A stretch of DNA of 64,000 nucleotides from Sphingobacteriales bacterium (GCA_014763615.1 JACXVB010000005.1:20457-84456), one strand, 5' to 3'; shown: positions 40,399-51,074, counted from the first letter of the stretch. Program-made: numbers and translations. Notes: generated by a model from the sequence alone, not told the origin.

Positions 40399-41745
40399 AT
40401 GAATATTACTCAGGAAAAAACCGGCAAATTAAACGCCGTACTTACCGTAAAAATTAGCCCTGATGATTACCAGGAGAAAGTAAATAAAGCCATTAAAGAT
40501 CAGGCTAAAAAAATTAAATTACCAGGCTTTCGCCCTGGAATGGTGCCTCCAGCACATGTGAAGAAAATGTATGGAAAGAGCATTTTGGTAGATGAAATCA
40601 ACACTTTACTTTCAGAATCGGTAAATAATTACATCCAACAAAATGAAATCGAAATTCTAGGTCAGCCGCTTCCAAAAGAAGATGACACTGCTTTTAATTG
40701 GAATTTTAATGATGAATTTGTGTTTAATTACGAGTTAGGTTTGGCACCTGAGGTAGATGTGGAATTTTCTTCAGCTGATAAATTAACCCAATACATCATC
40801 AAAGTAGATGAGGAGACTTTAGCTTCGAGAATCAAAAATATCAGAAGAAGTTATGGTAAAATGACTAATCCCGAAGTAGTAGCAGAAGGAGATGTGATTT
40901 TTGGTGAGTTTGTACAATTGAATGCTGATGGTTCTGTTTTTGTAGGTGGAATCCATGTCACTTCTTCTTTAAGATTAGATTTAATTAAAGATGAAGAAAT
41001 TAAAAAATCTTTAATTGATTTAAGTAAAGAGGCAGTAGTTGCTGCATTTGATTTGGTGAAAGCTGTTGATGATGAAACCCAATTGGTGAAAATATTGAAG
41101 TTAGATGAAAAGAATCCAATTATTCCAGAATCTAAATTTCAATTAACGGTTAAAAATATCAATAGACTAGAAGAATCAGACTTAGACCAAGCGTTCTTTG
41201 ATAAACTTTTTGGCGAAGGTGTTGTCACCACTGAAGAAGCGTTTAAAGCTAAAATTACTGAGGAGCTAGAAGCGATGATGGCTCAAGATGCCGACAGAAA
41301 ATTAGCGAATGATTTATACAAATACGGCTCAGAAAAAGCTAAAATGGATTTGCCTGATGAATTCTTAAAACGTTGGTTAAAAATTTCTAATAAAGAAATT
41401 ACTGATGAAGAATTAGAAAAAGGCTATGATGATTTTGCTAAAAACTTGAAATGGACTTTGGTTGAAAACAAAATTGTTAAGGATCAAAAATTGGAGATCA
41501 AATACGAAGATGTTTTTGAAGGTGCTAAAGCTAGAATAGATGCACAATTCAGAATGTACAGTCCGCAGCCATTATCAGAAGAACAATTAGGTCAGTACAC
41601 TGCCCAATTTTTACAAGATAAAGAACAAGCGAATCGTATTTTTGATGAAGTGAAATCACACAAAGTTTTTGAATACCTAAAAACTGTAATTACTTTGGAT
41701 AAGGAAGATATTACCTATTCAAAATTCCAAGAATTAGAAAAATAG
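40399..41745 (+). CDS. tig: Trigger factor (start ATG 40399; the track start lies inside the tRNA)
   Basis: GFRPGMVP ribosome-binding motif; upstream of clpP-clpX. Confidence 0.93.
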   Translation: MNITQEKTGKLNAVLTVKISPDDYQEKVNKAIKDQAKKIKLPGFRPGMVPPAHVKKMYGKSILVDEINTLLSESVNNYIQQNEIEILGQPLPKEDDTAFNWNFNDEFVFNYELGLAPEVDVEFSSADKLTQYIIKVDEETLASRIKNIRRSYGKMTNPEVVAEGDVIFGEFVQLNADGSVFVGGIHVTSSLRLDLIKDEEIKKSLIDLSKEAVVAAFDLVKAVDDETQLVKILKLDEKNPIIPESKFQLTVKNINRLEESDLDQAFFDKLFGEGVVTTEEAFKAKITEELEAMMAQDADRKLANDLYKYGSEKAKMDLPDEFLKRWLKISNKEITDEELEKGYDDFAKNLKWTLVENKIVKDQKLEIKYEDVFEGAKARIDAQFRMYSPQPLSEEQLGQYTAQFLQDKEQANRIFDEVKSHKVFEYLKTVITLDKEDITYSKFQELEK

Positions 41746-41785
41746 AATTTGAAGATTTAAACGAATTTAAATTTAAAATAACTTG

Positions 41786-41813
41786 CAAAAGCAGCCTTAT
41801 GGGGTTGCTTTTG
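41786..41813 (+). terminator. Intrinsic terminator after tig
   Basis: caaaagcagcc/ggttgcttttg stem with trailing T's. Confidence 0.7.
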
Positions 41814-42073
41814 TTTTAATAAAAGGCTGGGTTAGCTTGCCTGCCAGACGGGCCTGACTACAGAGGCGGGCTTTTTTGTCATCCAGAGCGGAGTCGAAGG
41901 ATAAACAAAAAAGATAAAACGGAAAGCCTGTTTAAATACCCAAAAAATTTACATCTAATTGATGTGGATTTGATTTGAATTTTAAAATTATTAAAATAAC
42001 TTGTCATCGTTGAGAAAACAAACAAAGATGCTTTTTAAACCTTTAAGATAGAGTATTCTAAATAATATAAGAT

Positions 42074-42775
42074 ATGAACATTGATAAAAACGAATTTCGT
42101 AAGTACGCCGTAAAACACCACAGAATTGGTGGAATGCATGTGGACAAATATATCAGCAATGCCGAAGGGATGTTGAGACCTAGCGGGATGACACCTTACA
42201 TCATCGAAGAGCGTCAGTTAAATGTTGCGCAAATGGATGTGTTTTCCAGATTGATGATGGATAGAATTATTTTCTTGGGCGATGCGATTTACGATCAAAA
42301 TGCAAATATTATCCAAGCTCAGTTATTGTTTTTACAATCTACGGATGCAAAAAGAGATATTCAAATTTATATCAATTCTCCAGGCGGTTCCGTATATGCT
42401 GGTTTAGGGATTTATGATACCATGCAATTTATCTCTCCGGATGTAGCTACCATTTGTACAGGTATAGCGGCTTCTATGGGTGCAGTTTTAATGTGTGCAG
42501 GTACAAAAGGTAAGAGAGCAGCTTTGCCTCATGCTCGTATCATGATTCATCAACCATCGGGTGGTGCGCAAGGTGTGGCATCAGATATGGAGATTAATTT
42601 GAGAGAAATGCTTAAATTAAAACAAGAATTGTACGATATCATCTCTAAACATTCTGGTCAGACTTATGAATGGGTAGAAAAGTCATCTGATCGTGATTAT
42701 TGGATGAAAGCAGAAGAAGCGAAAAGTTTTGGTATGGTTGATGAGGTGTTAGGTGTAAACGAATTAAAGAAATGA
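42074..42775 (+). CDS. clpP: ATP-dependent Clp protease proteolytic subunit
   Basis: [21 protein letters not shown]. Confidence 0.97.
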   Translation: MNIDKNEFRKYAVKHHRIGGMHVDKYISNAEGMLRPSGMTPYIIEERQLNVAQMDVFSRLMMDRIIFLGDAIYDQNANIIQAQLLFLQSTDAKRDIQIYINSPGGSVYAGLGIYDTMQFISPDVATICTGIAASMGAVLMCAGTKGKRAALPHARIMIHQPSGGAQGVASDMEINLREMLKLKQELYDIISKHSGQTYEWVEKSSDRDYWMKAEEAKSFGMVDEVLGVNELKK

Positions 42776-44013
42776 ACAAAAACCATAAAGATATAAAGTG
42801 TTCTTTTTGTGGAGCGAATAAGCAAGATACTTTAATGTTGATTGCGGGCTTAGATGCTCATATTTGCGATAAATGTGTGGCGCAAGCCAATGACATTTTA
42901 GCAGAGGAGTTTACCCTGAAAAAGGGTAAAAGCTTACATGGAGCGCTTACGATATTAAAGCCACAAGAAATTAAAAATCACTTAGATCAATATGTGATTG
43001 GGCAGGATGATGCGAAAAAGGTGCTCGCAGTTGCAGTTTATAATCATTACAAAAGATTAAATCAAAAAATCACCAAAGATGAAGTAGAGATTGAAAAATC
43101 TAACATCATGATGGTAGGGGAAACCGGAACAGGTAAAACTTTATTAGCAAAAACGATTGCTAAAATTTTAAATGTACCTTTCTGTATTTCTGATGCAACA
43201 GTTTTAACCGAGGCGGGTTATGTGGGTGAAGATGTAGAAAGCATTTTAACACGTTTGCTGCAAGCGGCAGATTATGATGTTACCGCAGCAGAAAGAGGTA
43301 TTGTGTATATTGATGAGGTAGATAAAGTAGCTCGCAAAAGTGATAATCCGTCTATTACTAGAGATGTTTCTGGAGAAGGCGTTCAACAAGCTTTGCTGAA
43401 AATTTTAGAAGGCACTATTGTGAATGTTCCACCTCAAGGTGGTAGAAAACACCCCGACCAAAAAATGATACCTGTAAACACCAATAATATCTTGTTTATT
43501 TGTGGGGGTGCATTTGATGGTATCGAAAAGAAGATTGCTAACCGTTTGAGAACTCAAACTGTAGGGTATAAGTTTAAGGCAGACCATGAAGATATCGATC
43601 TGAAAAATCTGTATAAATACATTACGCCCTTAGATTTAAAATCTTTTGGCATGATTCCAGAATTAATTGGTCGTGTACCAGTGATTACACATTTGAATCC
43701 CTTAGACCGCCAAACTTTATTGAACATTTTAACCGAACCGAAAAATTCGCTCATTAAACAATATAAAAAGTTATTTGAGTATGAAGATATAGAGTTAGAA
43801 TTTGAGAAAGATGTATTTGAATTTATTGTGGACAAAGCCATGGAATTCAAACTTGGCGCTAGAGGATTAAGATCCATCTGCGAAGCCATCATGATAGATG
43901 CCATGTTTGATATTCCCTCGCAAAAGCAAGCATCTAAACATCTACTCATCGATTTAGATTACGCTAGGGACAAATTTGAGAAATCAGATTTAAAAAAATT
44001 AAAAGTAGCTTAA
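42772..44013 (+). CDS. clpX: ATP-dependent Clp protease ATP-binding subunit
   Basis: C4 zinc finger [34 protein letters not shown]. Confidence 0.97.
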   Translation: MNKNHKDIKCSFCGANKQDTLMLIAGLDAHICDKCVAQANDILAEEFTLKKGKSLHGALTILKPQEIKNHLDQYVIGQDDAKKVLAVAVYNHYKRLNQKITKDEVEIEKSNIMMVGETGTGKTLLAKTIAKILNVPFCISDATVLTEAGYVGEDVESILTRLLQAADYDVTAAERGIVYIDEVDKVARKSDNPSITRDVSGEGVQQALLKILEGTIVNVPPQGGRKHPDQKMIPVNTNNILFICGGAFDGIEKKIANRLRTQTVGYKFKADHEDIDLKNLYKYITPLDLKSFGMIPELIGRVPVITHLNPLDRQTLLNILTEPKNSLIKQYKKLFEYEDIELEFEKDVFEFIVDKAMEFKLGARGLRSICEAIMIDAMFDIPSQKQASKHLLIDLDYARDKFEKSDLKKLKVA

Positions 44014-44016
44014 TTT

Positions 44017-44045
44017 AAAGTCCCGAAAAATTCGGGACTTTTTTG
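44017..44045 (+). terminator. Intrinsic terminator after clpX
   Basis: aaagtcccgaa/ttcgggacttt stem plus T-run. Confidence 0.8.
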
Positions 44046-44061
44046 TAAACACTAGAAATTT

Positions 44062-44895
44062 ATGGAAGAAAAGAATAAAGAAAACAACTCAGCGGTTACC
44101 CCACACCTAAAAAAAGGAGGGTTGAAATCTAAAGAAGATATTGTAGCCAATTGGTTGCCTAGATATACCGGAAGAAACCTAGATGAATTTGGAGAATATG
44201 TACTTCTTACCAATTTTTCAAAATATGTTCAACTTTTTGCAGAATGGAATGATGCGCCCATTTATGGCTTAGATAAACCTATGCAAAGCGTAACGGCCAA
44301 TGGGATTACCATCATTAATTTTGGTATGGGAAGCCCGGTTGCGGCAACCATTATGGATTTACTAACTGCCATAGATATTAAAGCCGCCTTGTTTTTAGGA
44401 AAATGTGGGGGTTTGAAAAAGAAGAATGCTATCGGAGATTTAATTCTACCGATTGCGGCGATAAGAGGTGAAGGAACATCTAATGATTATTTACCCCCAG
44501 AAGTTCCAGCACTACCAGCTTTTGCTCTGCAAAAAGCCATCTCCACTACTATTAGAGACCATTCTAGAGATTACTGGACGGGGACAGTTTACACCACCAA
44601 TAGAAGAGTTTGGGAGCATGATGCCAAGTTTAAAAAGTATTTAAAAGAATTGAGAGCGATGGCTGTTGATATGGAAACTGCTACCATTTTTACCACTGGT
44701 TTTGCTAATAAAATTCCAACGGGAGCTTTGTTATTGGTTTCTGATCAGCCAATGATTCCGGAAGGTGTAAAAACAGCAGAAGCTGATGCATCCAAAACTT
44801 CACAAGAACATGTGGAATCGCATTTAAGCATCGGGATAGATTCATTGAAACAATTGATCAATAAAGGACAAACGGTGAAGCACTTGAAATTCTAA
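44062..44895 (+). CDS. amn: AMP nucleosidase (short Bacteroidota type, PNP/UDP fold)
   Basis: NWLPRYTG, LLTNF, FGMGSP, RGEGTSNDY, VDMETA. Confidence 0.88.
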   Translation: MEEKNKENNSAVTPHLKKGGLKSKEDIVANWLPRYTGRNLDEFGEYVLLTNFSKYVQLFAEWNDAPIYGLDKPMQSVTANGITIINFGMGSPVAATIMDLLTAIDIKAALFLGKCGGLKKKNAIGDLILPIAAIRGEGTSNDYLPPEVPALPAFALQKAISTTIRDHSRDYWTGTVYTTNRRVWEHDAKFKKYLKELRAMAVDMETATIFTTGFANKIPTGALLLVSDQPMIPEGVKTAEADASKTSQEHVESHLSIGIDSLKQLINKGQTVKHLKF

Positions 44896-44976
44896 ATTTC
44901 ATTGCATATTTTCAAAGCCTAATCTTTTTGAAATGAAATAGGCTTTTTATTTATCTATTTTCCCTCATAAATTTTG

Positions 44977-44990
44977 ATGATGAGCATCAT
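44977..44990. promoter_or_regulatory. Candidate Crp/Fnr-family box upstream of the acetyl-CoA hydrolase/transferase
   Basis: Palindrome ATGAT-GAGC-ATCAT, about 100 bp upstream of the start. Confidence 0.55.
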
Positions 44991-45092
44991 TTTATAACTA
45001 ACTGAGAAGTTGAATTTTTGCCAGCGAAAAAGGAGAAAGATGAAAGGCTTCCTTTATAAAATAGTTCATCAGTTATATTAATAGAAAAAAAG

Positions 45093-46382
45093 ATGTCAAT
45101 ATCAAACCCAATTAATTATATCCCCGCAGAAGAAGCGGTAAAATGTGTTCAGTCTCATCAGCGAGTGTTTTTGCATGGAAGTGCGGCTACGCCATCCCTT
45201 TTAATAAAGGCATTGCAAAATCGTTATCAAGAGCTAAAGAATGTAGAGTTGGTGAGTATTACCACTTTGGGTGATAGTACATTTGACGATCCTAAATTTC
45301 ATGGGCATTTCTTTTTTAATTCTTTGTTTGTGTCTGCAAACTCTAGAAAAGTAGCAAATAGTGAGGATGGAGATTATGTTCCTGTTTTTTTAAGTGAAAT
45401 TCCACAATTATTTTGCCCAGAATTTTTACCTATTGATGTGGCTTTTATTCAAGTTTCAGCTCCTGATAAACATGGTTATTGCACTTTAGGAACATCAGTT
45501 GATATTGCTAAAGCCGCTTTAGAAAATGCCAAATTGGTGGTGGCTCAAGTCAACCCTAAGATGCCAAGAACTCATGGCGATGGTTTTATCCACATCAGTA
45601 AGATTCATTCTTTGGTTTGGCATGAGCAGGATTTACCAGAGGTAAATTATGCAGAGAAGGTAAGCGACGCCATCATACAAATTGGTAAAAACGTAGCTTC
45701 TTTAATAGAGGATGGCTCTACATTACAAATGGGTATTGGAAGTATTCCTGATCAAGTACTACAGAATTTAAAAAATCATCAAAATCTGGGTTTACATACC
45801 GAGATGCTTTCTGATGGGGTAATTCCTTTGATAGAAAGTGGCGTGATTAACAACAGCATGAAAAAGCTGAATCGTGGCAAATCAGTGACTTCATTCATGG
45901 TTGGAACGAAGAAATTATATGCTTTTGTGAATGATAATCCTGCTATCAGGGTGATGAATATTGATTATGTGAATGATACTAGTATCATCAGGCAAAATCC
46001 TAAAGTAATGGCAATTAATAGTGCCATAGAAATTGATTTAACCGGACAAGTTTGCGCAGATTCCATAGGTACTTATCAATATTCTGGCATTGGAGGGCAA
46101 ATGGACTTTGTTAGAGGAGCTTCATTATCGCCAGGTGGGAAACCTATTATCGCTTTACCATCTACTACTGTAAAAGGAATTTCGAGAATTACACCATTTA
46201 TTAAAGAAGGTGCAGGAGTAGTTACTACCAGAGGACATGTTCATTGGGTGGTAACAGAATATGGAAAAGTGAATTTGTTTGGTTTAAACCTAAAACAAAG
46301 AGCAAAAGCATTAATTGCATTAGCGCATCCTGATCATCGCGAAAGCTTAGAAAAGGCTTTTTATGAGAGATTTAAAATCTGA
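45093..46382 (+). CDS. Acetyl-CoA hydrolase/4-hydroxybutyrate CoA-transferase family protein
   Basis: LQMGIGSIP, HTEM, SGIGGQMDF, VVTEYG. Confidence 0.92.
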   Translation: MSISNPINYIPAEEAVKCVQSHQRVFLHGSAATPSLLIKALQNRYQELKNVELVSITTLGDSTFDDPKFHGHFFFNSLFVSANSRKVANSEDGDYVPVFLSEIPQLFCPEFLPIDVAFIQVSAPDKHGYCTLGTSVDIAKAALENAKLVVAQVNPKMPRTHGDGFIHISKIHSLVWHEQDLPEVNYAEKVSDAIIQIGKNVASLIEDGSTLQMGIGSIPDQVLQNLKNHQNLGLHTEMLSDGVIPLIESGVINNSMKKLNRGKSVTSFMVGTKKLYAFVNDNPAIRVMNIDYVNDTSIIRQNPKVMAINSAIEIDLTGQVCADSIGTYQYSGIGGQMDFVRGASLSPGGKPIIALPSTTVKGISRITPFIKEGAGVVTTRGHVHWVVTEYGKVNLFGLNLKQRAKALIALAHPDHRESLEKAFYERFKI

Positions 46383-46385
46383 AAA

Positions 46386-46670
46386 CTAATGAAATAAAAT
46401 GTCGTGAATTTCTGGCTTTTTATCAAAAACAGATTTGGCAAAAGGGCAAAGGGGTAATATTTTTTGTTGGTGTTCTCGAGCGTATTTTACCGCTTCCATT
46501 ACCATTTGAAGTCCGGCTCCTTTTCCTTTTAGCGTTTCTGAAACATCAGTATGATCAATAATAATCAGCGATTCGCTGGCTCTAGAATAGGTCATTTCAG
46601 CTAATCTTTTTCCATCTTCACGGATGTAGAATAATCCCTTGTTATTTTTTTCAAAATGTTGAATTTCCAT
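46386..46670 (-). CDS. Small GNAT acetyltransferase (YjdJ-like)
   Basis: IIDHTDVSETLKGKGAG, PLCPFA. Confidence 0.88.
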   Translation of the reverse strand: MEIQHFEKNNKGLFYIREDGKRLAEMTYSRASESLIIIDHTDVSETLKGKGAGLQMVMEAVKYAREHQQKILPLCPFAKSVFDKKPEIHDILFH

Positions 46671-46673
46671 AAT

Positions 46674-46962
46674 TTAAACTTTTTGCCACCATTTACCCGT
46701 TGTTTTTTCTGATAAAAACACCAGTGGTGCACCAATTTTAGGGGTAAGCACTGTAAGTTGTTGTTTTTCTGCTTCTTTTATCAAACGCTCGATGGGTTCT
46801 GTCCAACCGTGTACTGATAATGCAAATTTTGCCCAATGAACTGTGAAAAGTCTTTTAGCTTTGAGTAATTAATTAGGTAGCCATGACTAATACTTCTGTT
46901 AACGAGTAAATATTTGCTTAATATATCCCGTATTGCTCACATTTTAATACGGCTAAAACGAA
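46674..46962 (-). pseudogene. Degraded 3' fragment of an MBL-fold metallo-hydrolase (RomA/NAPE-PLD-like)
   Basis: Minus strand reads FVLAVLKCEQYGIY*ANIYSLTEVLVMAT*, then after a frame change LKAKRLFTVHWAKFALSVHGWTEPIERL...TPKIG...KWWQKV*. This matches the family C-terminus (VHWxKF, WxEP, TPxIG). Confidence 0.75.
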
Positions 46963-47015
46963 TCGGAAGAGAAAGGCAATCATAGTAAACCCAATCAGGT
47001 ATAGATCAACATCAC

Positions 47016-47897
47016 CTAAACTCCTGCATCGGTTGAGACGCCTTCAGCTATACCTTCTACCCAATCATTTTCTCCCTTGCCATTTGCAACTGCACTCAAT
47101 AATCGATTGTAAACCAAACTCAATAAAGGAGCAGGCATTTCGGCATCTAAAGCTATTTTACTGGCTAAGCGAGCATCTTTAAATCCTAATTTAGCTTTAA
47201 AGCCTACTGGCTGATATTGCTTTTTAGCGATTAAAGTTCCATAATTTTTATAAATAGGGGCATTAAAAACCGTATTTCCGAAGAAATCAGCCACTTTTTC
47301 ACGGTCTAAACCTTGTTTTTCGGCTAAGGTAAAGGCTTCTGCCATGGTTTCCATTGAAGCCATAATCATAAAATTGCCTGCTAGTTTTACCACATTCGCA
47401 GCACCGGGCTCAGTTCCAAAATCATAAATTCCTTGTCCTAACAAAGCAATCATATCTTTCACCTTTTCTTTGGTTTCTGCATCTCCAGAAGTACAAATAA
47501 ATAATTTTGCATCAGCAGCAGCATTTGGCCGACCGAAAACAGGAGCCGTAACATAATGCGAGCCTTGAGCTTGATGTAATTTGTACAGCGCTCTGGAAGT
47601 ATCCGGAGAAATGGTGCTCATGCTAATGTGAATGGCATCTTTTTTCATGGAGGATAAAAATCCATGAGTGCCATGCGTTGCATCTAATAAAGCGGCATCA
47701 TCAGAAAGCATAGTGATCACCACATCTTGACCTTCTGCAGCTTCATTAGGATGATTAAATACTTGAAAATCGCCTTTTAAGGTATCAGCTTTACTTTTTG
47801 TTCTGTTATAAATATGAAGTTTATAGCCTGCATTTAATAGGTTTTGTGCCATACCTATTCCCATATTTCCTAAGCCAATAAATGTTATTTTTTGCAT
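47016..47897 (-). CDS. NAD(P)-dependent beta-hydroxyacid dehydrogenase (MmsB/GlxR family)
   Basis: FIGLGNMG, YNRT, DMSTIS-like SMSTIS, APVFG, VKLAGN. Confidence 0.9.
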   Translation of the reverse strand: MQKITFIGLGNMGIGMAQNLLNAGYKLHIYNRTKSKADTLKGDFQVFNHPNEAAEGQDVVITMLSDDAALLDATHGTHGFLSSMKKDAIHISMSTISPDTSRALYKLHQAQGSHYVTAPVFGRPNAAADAKLFICTSGDAETKEKVKDMIALLGQGIYDFGTEPGAANVVKLAGNFMIMASMETMAEAFTLAEKQGLDREKVADFFGNTVFNAPIYKNYGTLIAKKQYQPVGFKAKLGFKDARLASKIALDAEMPAPLLSLVYNRLLSAVANGKGENDWVEGIAEGVSTDAGV

Positions 47898-47912
47898 GTA
47901 TATATAAATTAT

Positions 47913-48221
47913 TTAGTTGATATAATCTTTATCCTCATCACTTAAATCCTGAGTTTTATTGGTTGATAGGTAAGCCTCATCATTAGTGTTTTGTACTTCT
48001 AGAGGGATGTTTTTATCAGCATCATAAGCTTTCTTTTTCTTAGGCCAAGCCACAATTAACCCGATAATGAAGCCAAAAAAGGTGACGATTAGCATCATCC
48101 AAAGCTTAGAAACATAAACTTGTTTCCATAATAGGGTAAATAAAACCTGATCGGTGTTTTGCATAAAAATCACCGTTATCAGAACAGATAAGGTGATGAT
48201 GATAATCGTTTTAAAACTCAT
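47913..48221 (-). CDS. LapA/DUF1049-like membrane protein
   Basis: Two TM helices with FMQNT between them; acidic tail. Confidence 0.65.
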   Translation of the reverse strand: MSFKTIIIITLSVLITVIFMQNTDQVLFTLLWKQVYVSKLWMMLIVTFFGFIIGLIVAWPKKKKAYDADKNIPLEVQNTNDEAYLSTNKTQDLSDEDKDYIN

Positions 48222-48224
48222 GAT

Positions 48225-51074
48225 TTATAGACTAAAATTTAAACCTAATTCGAATATCGGTTTTTTTGTGCTGTTTTCGTTAGGAATAATCAATTTTCCG
48301 GCTAAATCAAAATTAGGAAGATAAAAACGTAGTAAGTTCATATCGGCTCTTAACTCTGCTCCGTAAGATCTTAACCCGTTCCCTTTACCAATGTTTTCAA
48401 AATCGGTAAAAAGGCCGCCTCTAATCCTTTTAATATAAGCTAAAGGCCCAATTTCTAAATCTGGATAAGCGATTGGGAAGCGATAATCAACCAAAAAAGT
48501 ATTGTATAAATTGTTTAATGGGGCTAAGTTAGCAAAACCGCTAGCTCTTGATATTCCTATGCTGCTGCTATAAATCCCATTTCCATTTTGGAAATTTAGG
48601 CTCATTTGCAAGCTATGATTGGTAAACAAACCTGGAGCGTAAAGGAATGATTCGAAAGCAAAATAATAACCATTTAAATTTGTCTCAAAAGGTAAATGCT
48701 CATAAGTTAAAACGATATTTTCTCCCCACTTTGGCGCTAAATCTCTCGCACTTCTTTGAGTATTTAAGCCTTCAGAAAACTGATATTTCAGCGGAAAGCG
48801 AACAGTATTCAAGAAATTTTTGGGCTTTAAAGTTAATTGATACCTATTCGTGTAAGAAGTTTCTACACTTAAATTGCTATAAAAAGCTTTGTTGAGCCAA
48901 TTGGTGTAAAGCGGAATACTCATTTTAAATGAAGTATAATTTTCCCTCCATTCAAATGGGATGTAAGATGTGTCTTGTCCGCCCACTTGTTGAGCATAAG
49001 CTAATTGAGCTCTGTTTTCAAAATCTATTGAAAACTGTGGATAGTATTTTGAATAAGTGATTCCTGCCCGGTATTCGCTTTTGTTTAAGGCGTTATTGTA
49101 TCGATAGCCTAAATAAGATGAAACTGTATTCAGCTTGTTGTTGGAGATTAAATTAAATCCAAAATTGTAATCGTTAGTAAAATTATTGCTTTCATCAATA
49201 GGTTCTATGCTATGAAAATAGAAAAGATGTGGAAGATCTTTGTAAGGTTTACTTGGATAGATTTGATGCGGAATGCTATCAAAAACATTCGACTTAATTT
49301 CTTGCTTTAATAATGGTTTAAAATATGCTACAAAGCGATTTGCTTCTAAAGGCTTTTTAAATGCATCAGAAGGCTTTAAATCTACCATAGCAATTTGATA
49401 ACCCTTAGGTTGGTAATTGTTAAATAAAAGCCTTTGATTTTTTAAATCTATAGAAGGATTAAAAGCACCATATTTTGTAAAACTCAGTTGATGGATATCT
49501 TTTGTTTGGAGGTTGAAGGCGTAGATATTGTCAATACCATTAAAATGCGCTTTGAAAATGATTTCATCACCATAAAAGCAAGGACGAGAAATGATTTGGT
49601 GCATTTGAGGTAAAAGTTGTTGATAAGTTCCATTTTCTTCTGAATAAATCAAAAGTGTTTTTCCTTGCTCGTTTACTGCAGTAACTATAATTTCTTTTCC
49701 ATCAGCATTAAATGAGGGGGTTTGCAGGGTGAAATTCTCAGGATTTGGGAAGCTTTTAATTTCTTTGCCATTATCGGCGTTTAGTTCAACCAAATTAAAA
49801 ATACCTTCTGTAGTTACTTTTACAGCGATGATTCTTTTTGCATCAGGCGATAGGGCAGGAGAGAAATACCTGCTTTTATGGGTAAGCTGTGTATAGGTGC
49901 TAGAATTCAAATCAAATTTACAAATTACATTAAAAGACCGCTTGTTATATCGTTTATCGTAGCGAAATTCATCCCAAACCAATGTGTGGCTGGCATAATT
50001 TAGATTAGGTTCTGTTTGAATACCGATTTTTAAAAGCTTTTCTTCTTTTCCATTTTTTATCGAGATGATTGCTGGAGTTTCGGCTTTTGAGCCCTTAAAA
50101 CAAATAATACCGTTGTCTTCGGTGGAAAAAGGAAGCAAATAGGTAGTTGGGATGTTGGATGAGGTATCGTTCAATGGAGTGTAATTTTTGATGTTAAGTT
50201 GGCTAACTTGATGATTCCATAAAGAATCCATCTCTTCCATGGTATTTTTATATAGCTGATGCGTTCCAATCCCACCAAATTTTTTTAATGAAGAGCTGAA
50301 GTTGTAAGGTCTTATCGCGAGTTGATGAATGCGCTCTAAAATTTTATTTAGGATTTGAGGTCCGTAATCTCTCCTGATTTTTGTCGTCATAAAATAACCC
50401 AAAGGATAATAACCAGGCGTGTAACTTTTAAGAGAGCCAAAATAATTTTTTGAATAGCTGAAGTGGTTCCCAGAAAGTTCATTACTTCTCAAAACCATAT
50501 CAAACGCAGGTTGTCTTCCTCTGCCGGCATTGGTTAAAGCTGTCTCAATTCCTACGGCATCTCCTTCAAAAAACCAAGGAGGTAAATTGATACCGAAGAG
50601 GGCTAATTTTAATTCTTCAAAAAGTGGAGCTCCCATCTTGGGGAAGAGCTTATCAAATTGCACCACATGTCGCAACTCATGAACTGCTAAACTATTTAGC
50701 CAGTCTTGTGAGTCAAATTCCTGACCCGGCATAGTGTAAAATTCAGATCTTCTAGGAGCCATCTGAACAAAGCCATTAGACTCCACACCTTGATCTTGCA
50801 AAATGATGGAAATAGGTTTGGGTGTGTGACCAAGGCTGTGGCTTACATTAGCAATAATTGCATTTAAGGTGTTGGCCATTCTTTGTGCTTCGGGCTCCAA
50901 TAGGGTAGGGTAGATGATTTGAAATTGTGGTGTGTTGATTTGTTTAAATTTTACACTAGGTGGGTTTTGGCTAGCATCAAAAAACTGACCAAAAACCATT
51001 TGTGAAGTAGAACATAAAATGAAAATATGTAAAACACTGAATAATAGTTTTTTAAATGGTTTATATGATTTCAT
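48225..51074 (-). CDS. Large exported/outer-membrane protein: HEXXH metallopeptidase-like domain, TolB-like beta-propeller and C-terminal beta-strand region
   Basis: Signal peptide; HELRH...WFFEGDAV; PD40-like SPALSPDAKRI and TPSFNADGKEI; amphipathic strands ending FELGLNFSL. Confidence 0.7.
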   Translation of the reverse strand: MKSYKPFKKLLFSVLHIFILCSTSQMVFGQFFDASQNPPSVKFKQINTPQFQIIYPTLLEPEAQRMANTLNAIIANVSHSLGHTPKPISIILQDQGVESNGFVQMAPRRSEFYTMPGQEFDSQDWLNSLAVHELRHVVQFDKLFPKMGAPLFEELKLALFGINLPPWFFEGDAVGIETALTNAGRGRQPAFDMVLRSNELSGNHFSYSKNYFGSLKSYTPGYYPLGYFMTTKIRRDYGPQILNKILERIHQLAIRPYNFSSSLKKFGGIGTHQLYKNTMEEMDSLWNHQVSQLNIKNYTPLNDTSSNIPTTYLLPFSTEDNGIICFKGSKAETPAIISIKNGKEEKLLKIGIQTEPNLNYASHTLVWDEFRYDKRYNKRSFNVICKFDLNSSTYTQLTHKSRYFSPALSPDAKRIIAVKVTTEGIFNLVELNADNGKEIKSFPNPENFTLQTPSFNADGKEIIVTAVNEQGKTLLIYSEENGTYQQLLPQMHQIISRPCFYGDEIIFKAHFNGIDNIYAFNLQTKDIHQLSFTKYGAFNPSIDLKNQRLLFNNYQPKGYQIAMVDLKPSDAFKKPLEANRFVAYFKPLLKQEIKSNVFDSIPHQIYPSKPYKDLPHLFYFHSIEPIDESNNFTNDYNFGFNLISNNKLNTVSSYLGYRYNNALNKSEYRAGITYSKYYPQFSIDFENRAQLAYAQQVGGQDTSYIPFEWRENYTSFKMSIPLYTNWLNKAFYSNLSVETSYTNRYQLTLKPKNFLNTVRFPLKYQFSEGLNTQRSARDLAPKWGENIVLTYEHLPFETNLNGYYFAFESFLYAPGLFTNHSLQMSLNFQNGNGIYSSSIGISRASGFANLAPLNNLYNTFLVDYRFPIAYPDLEIGPLAYIKRIRGGLFTDFENIGKGNGLRSYGAELRADMNLLRFYLPNFDLAGKLIIPNENSTKKPIFELGLNFSL

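Noticed and set aside
40208-40402. 64-aa ORF and the 30-aa N-terminal extension of tig
   Set aside because: Both run through tRNA-Leu and its hairpin.
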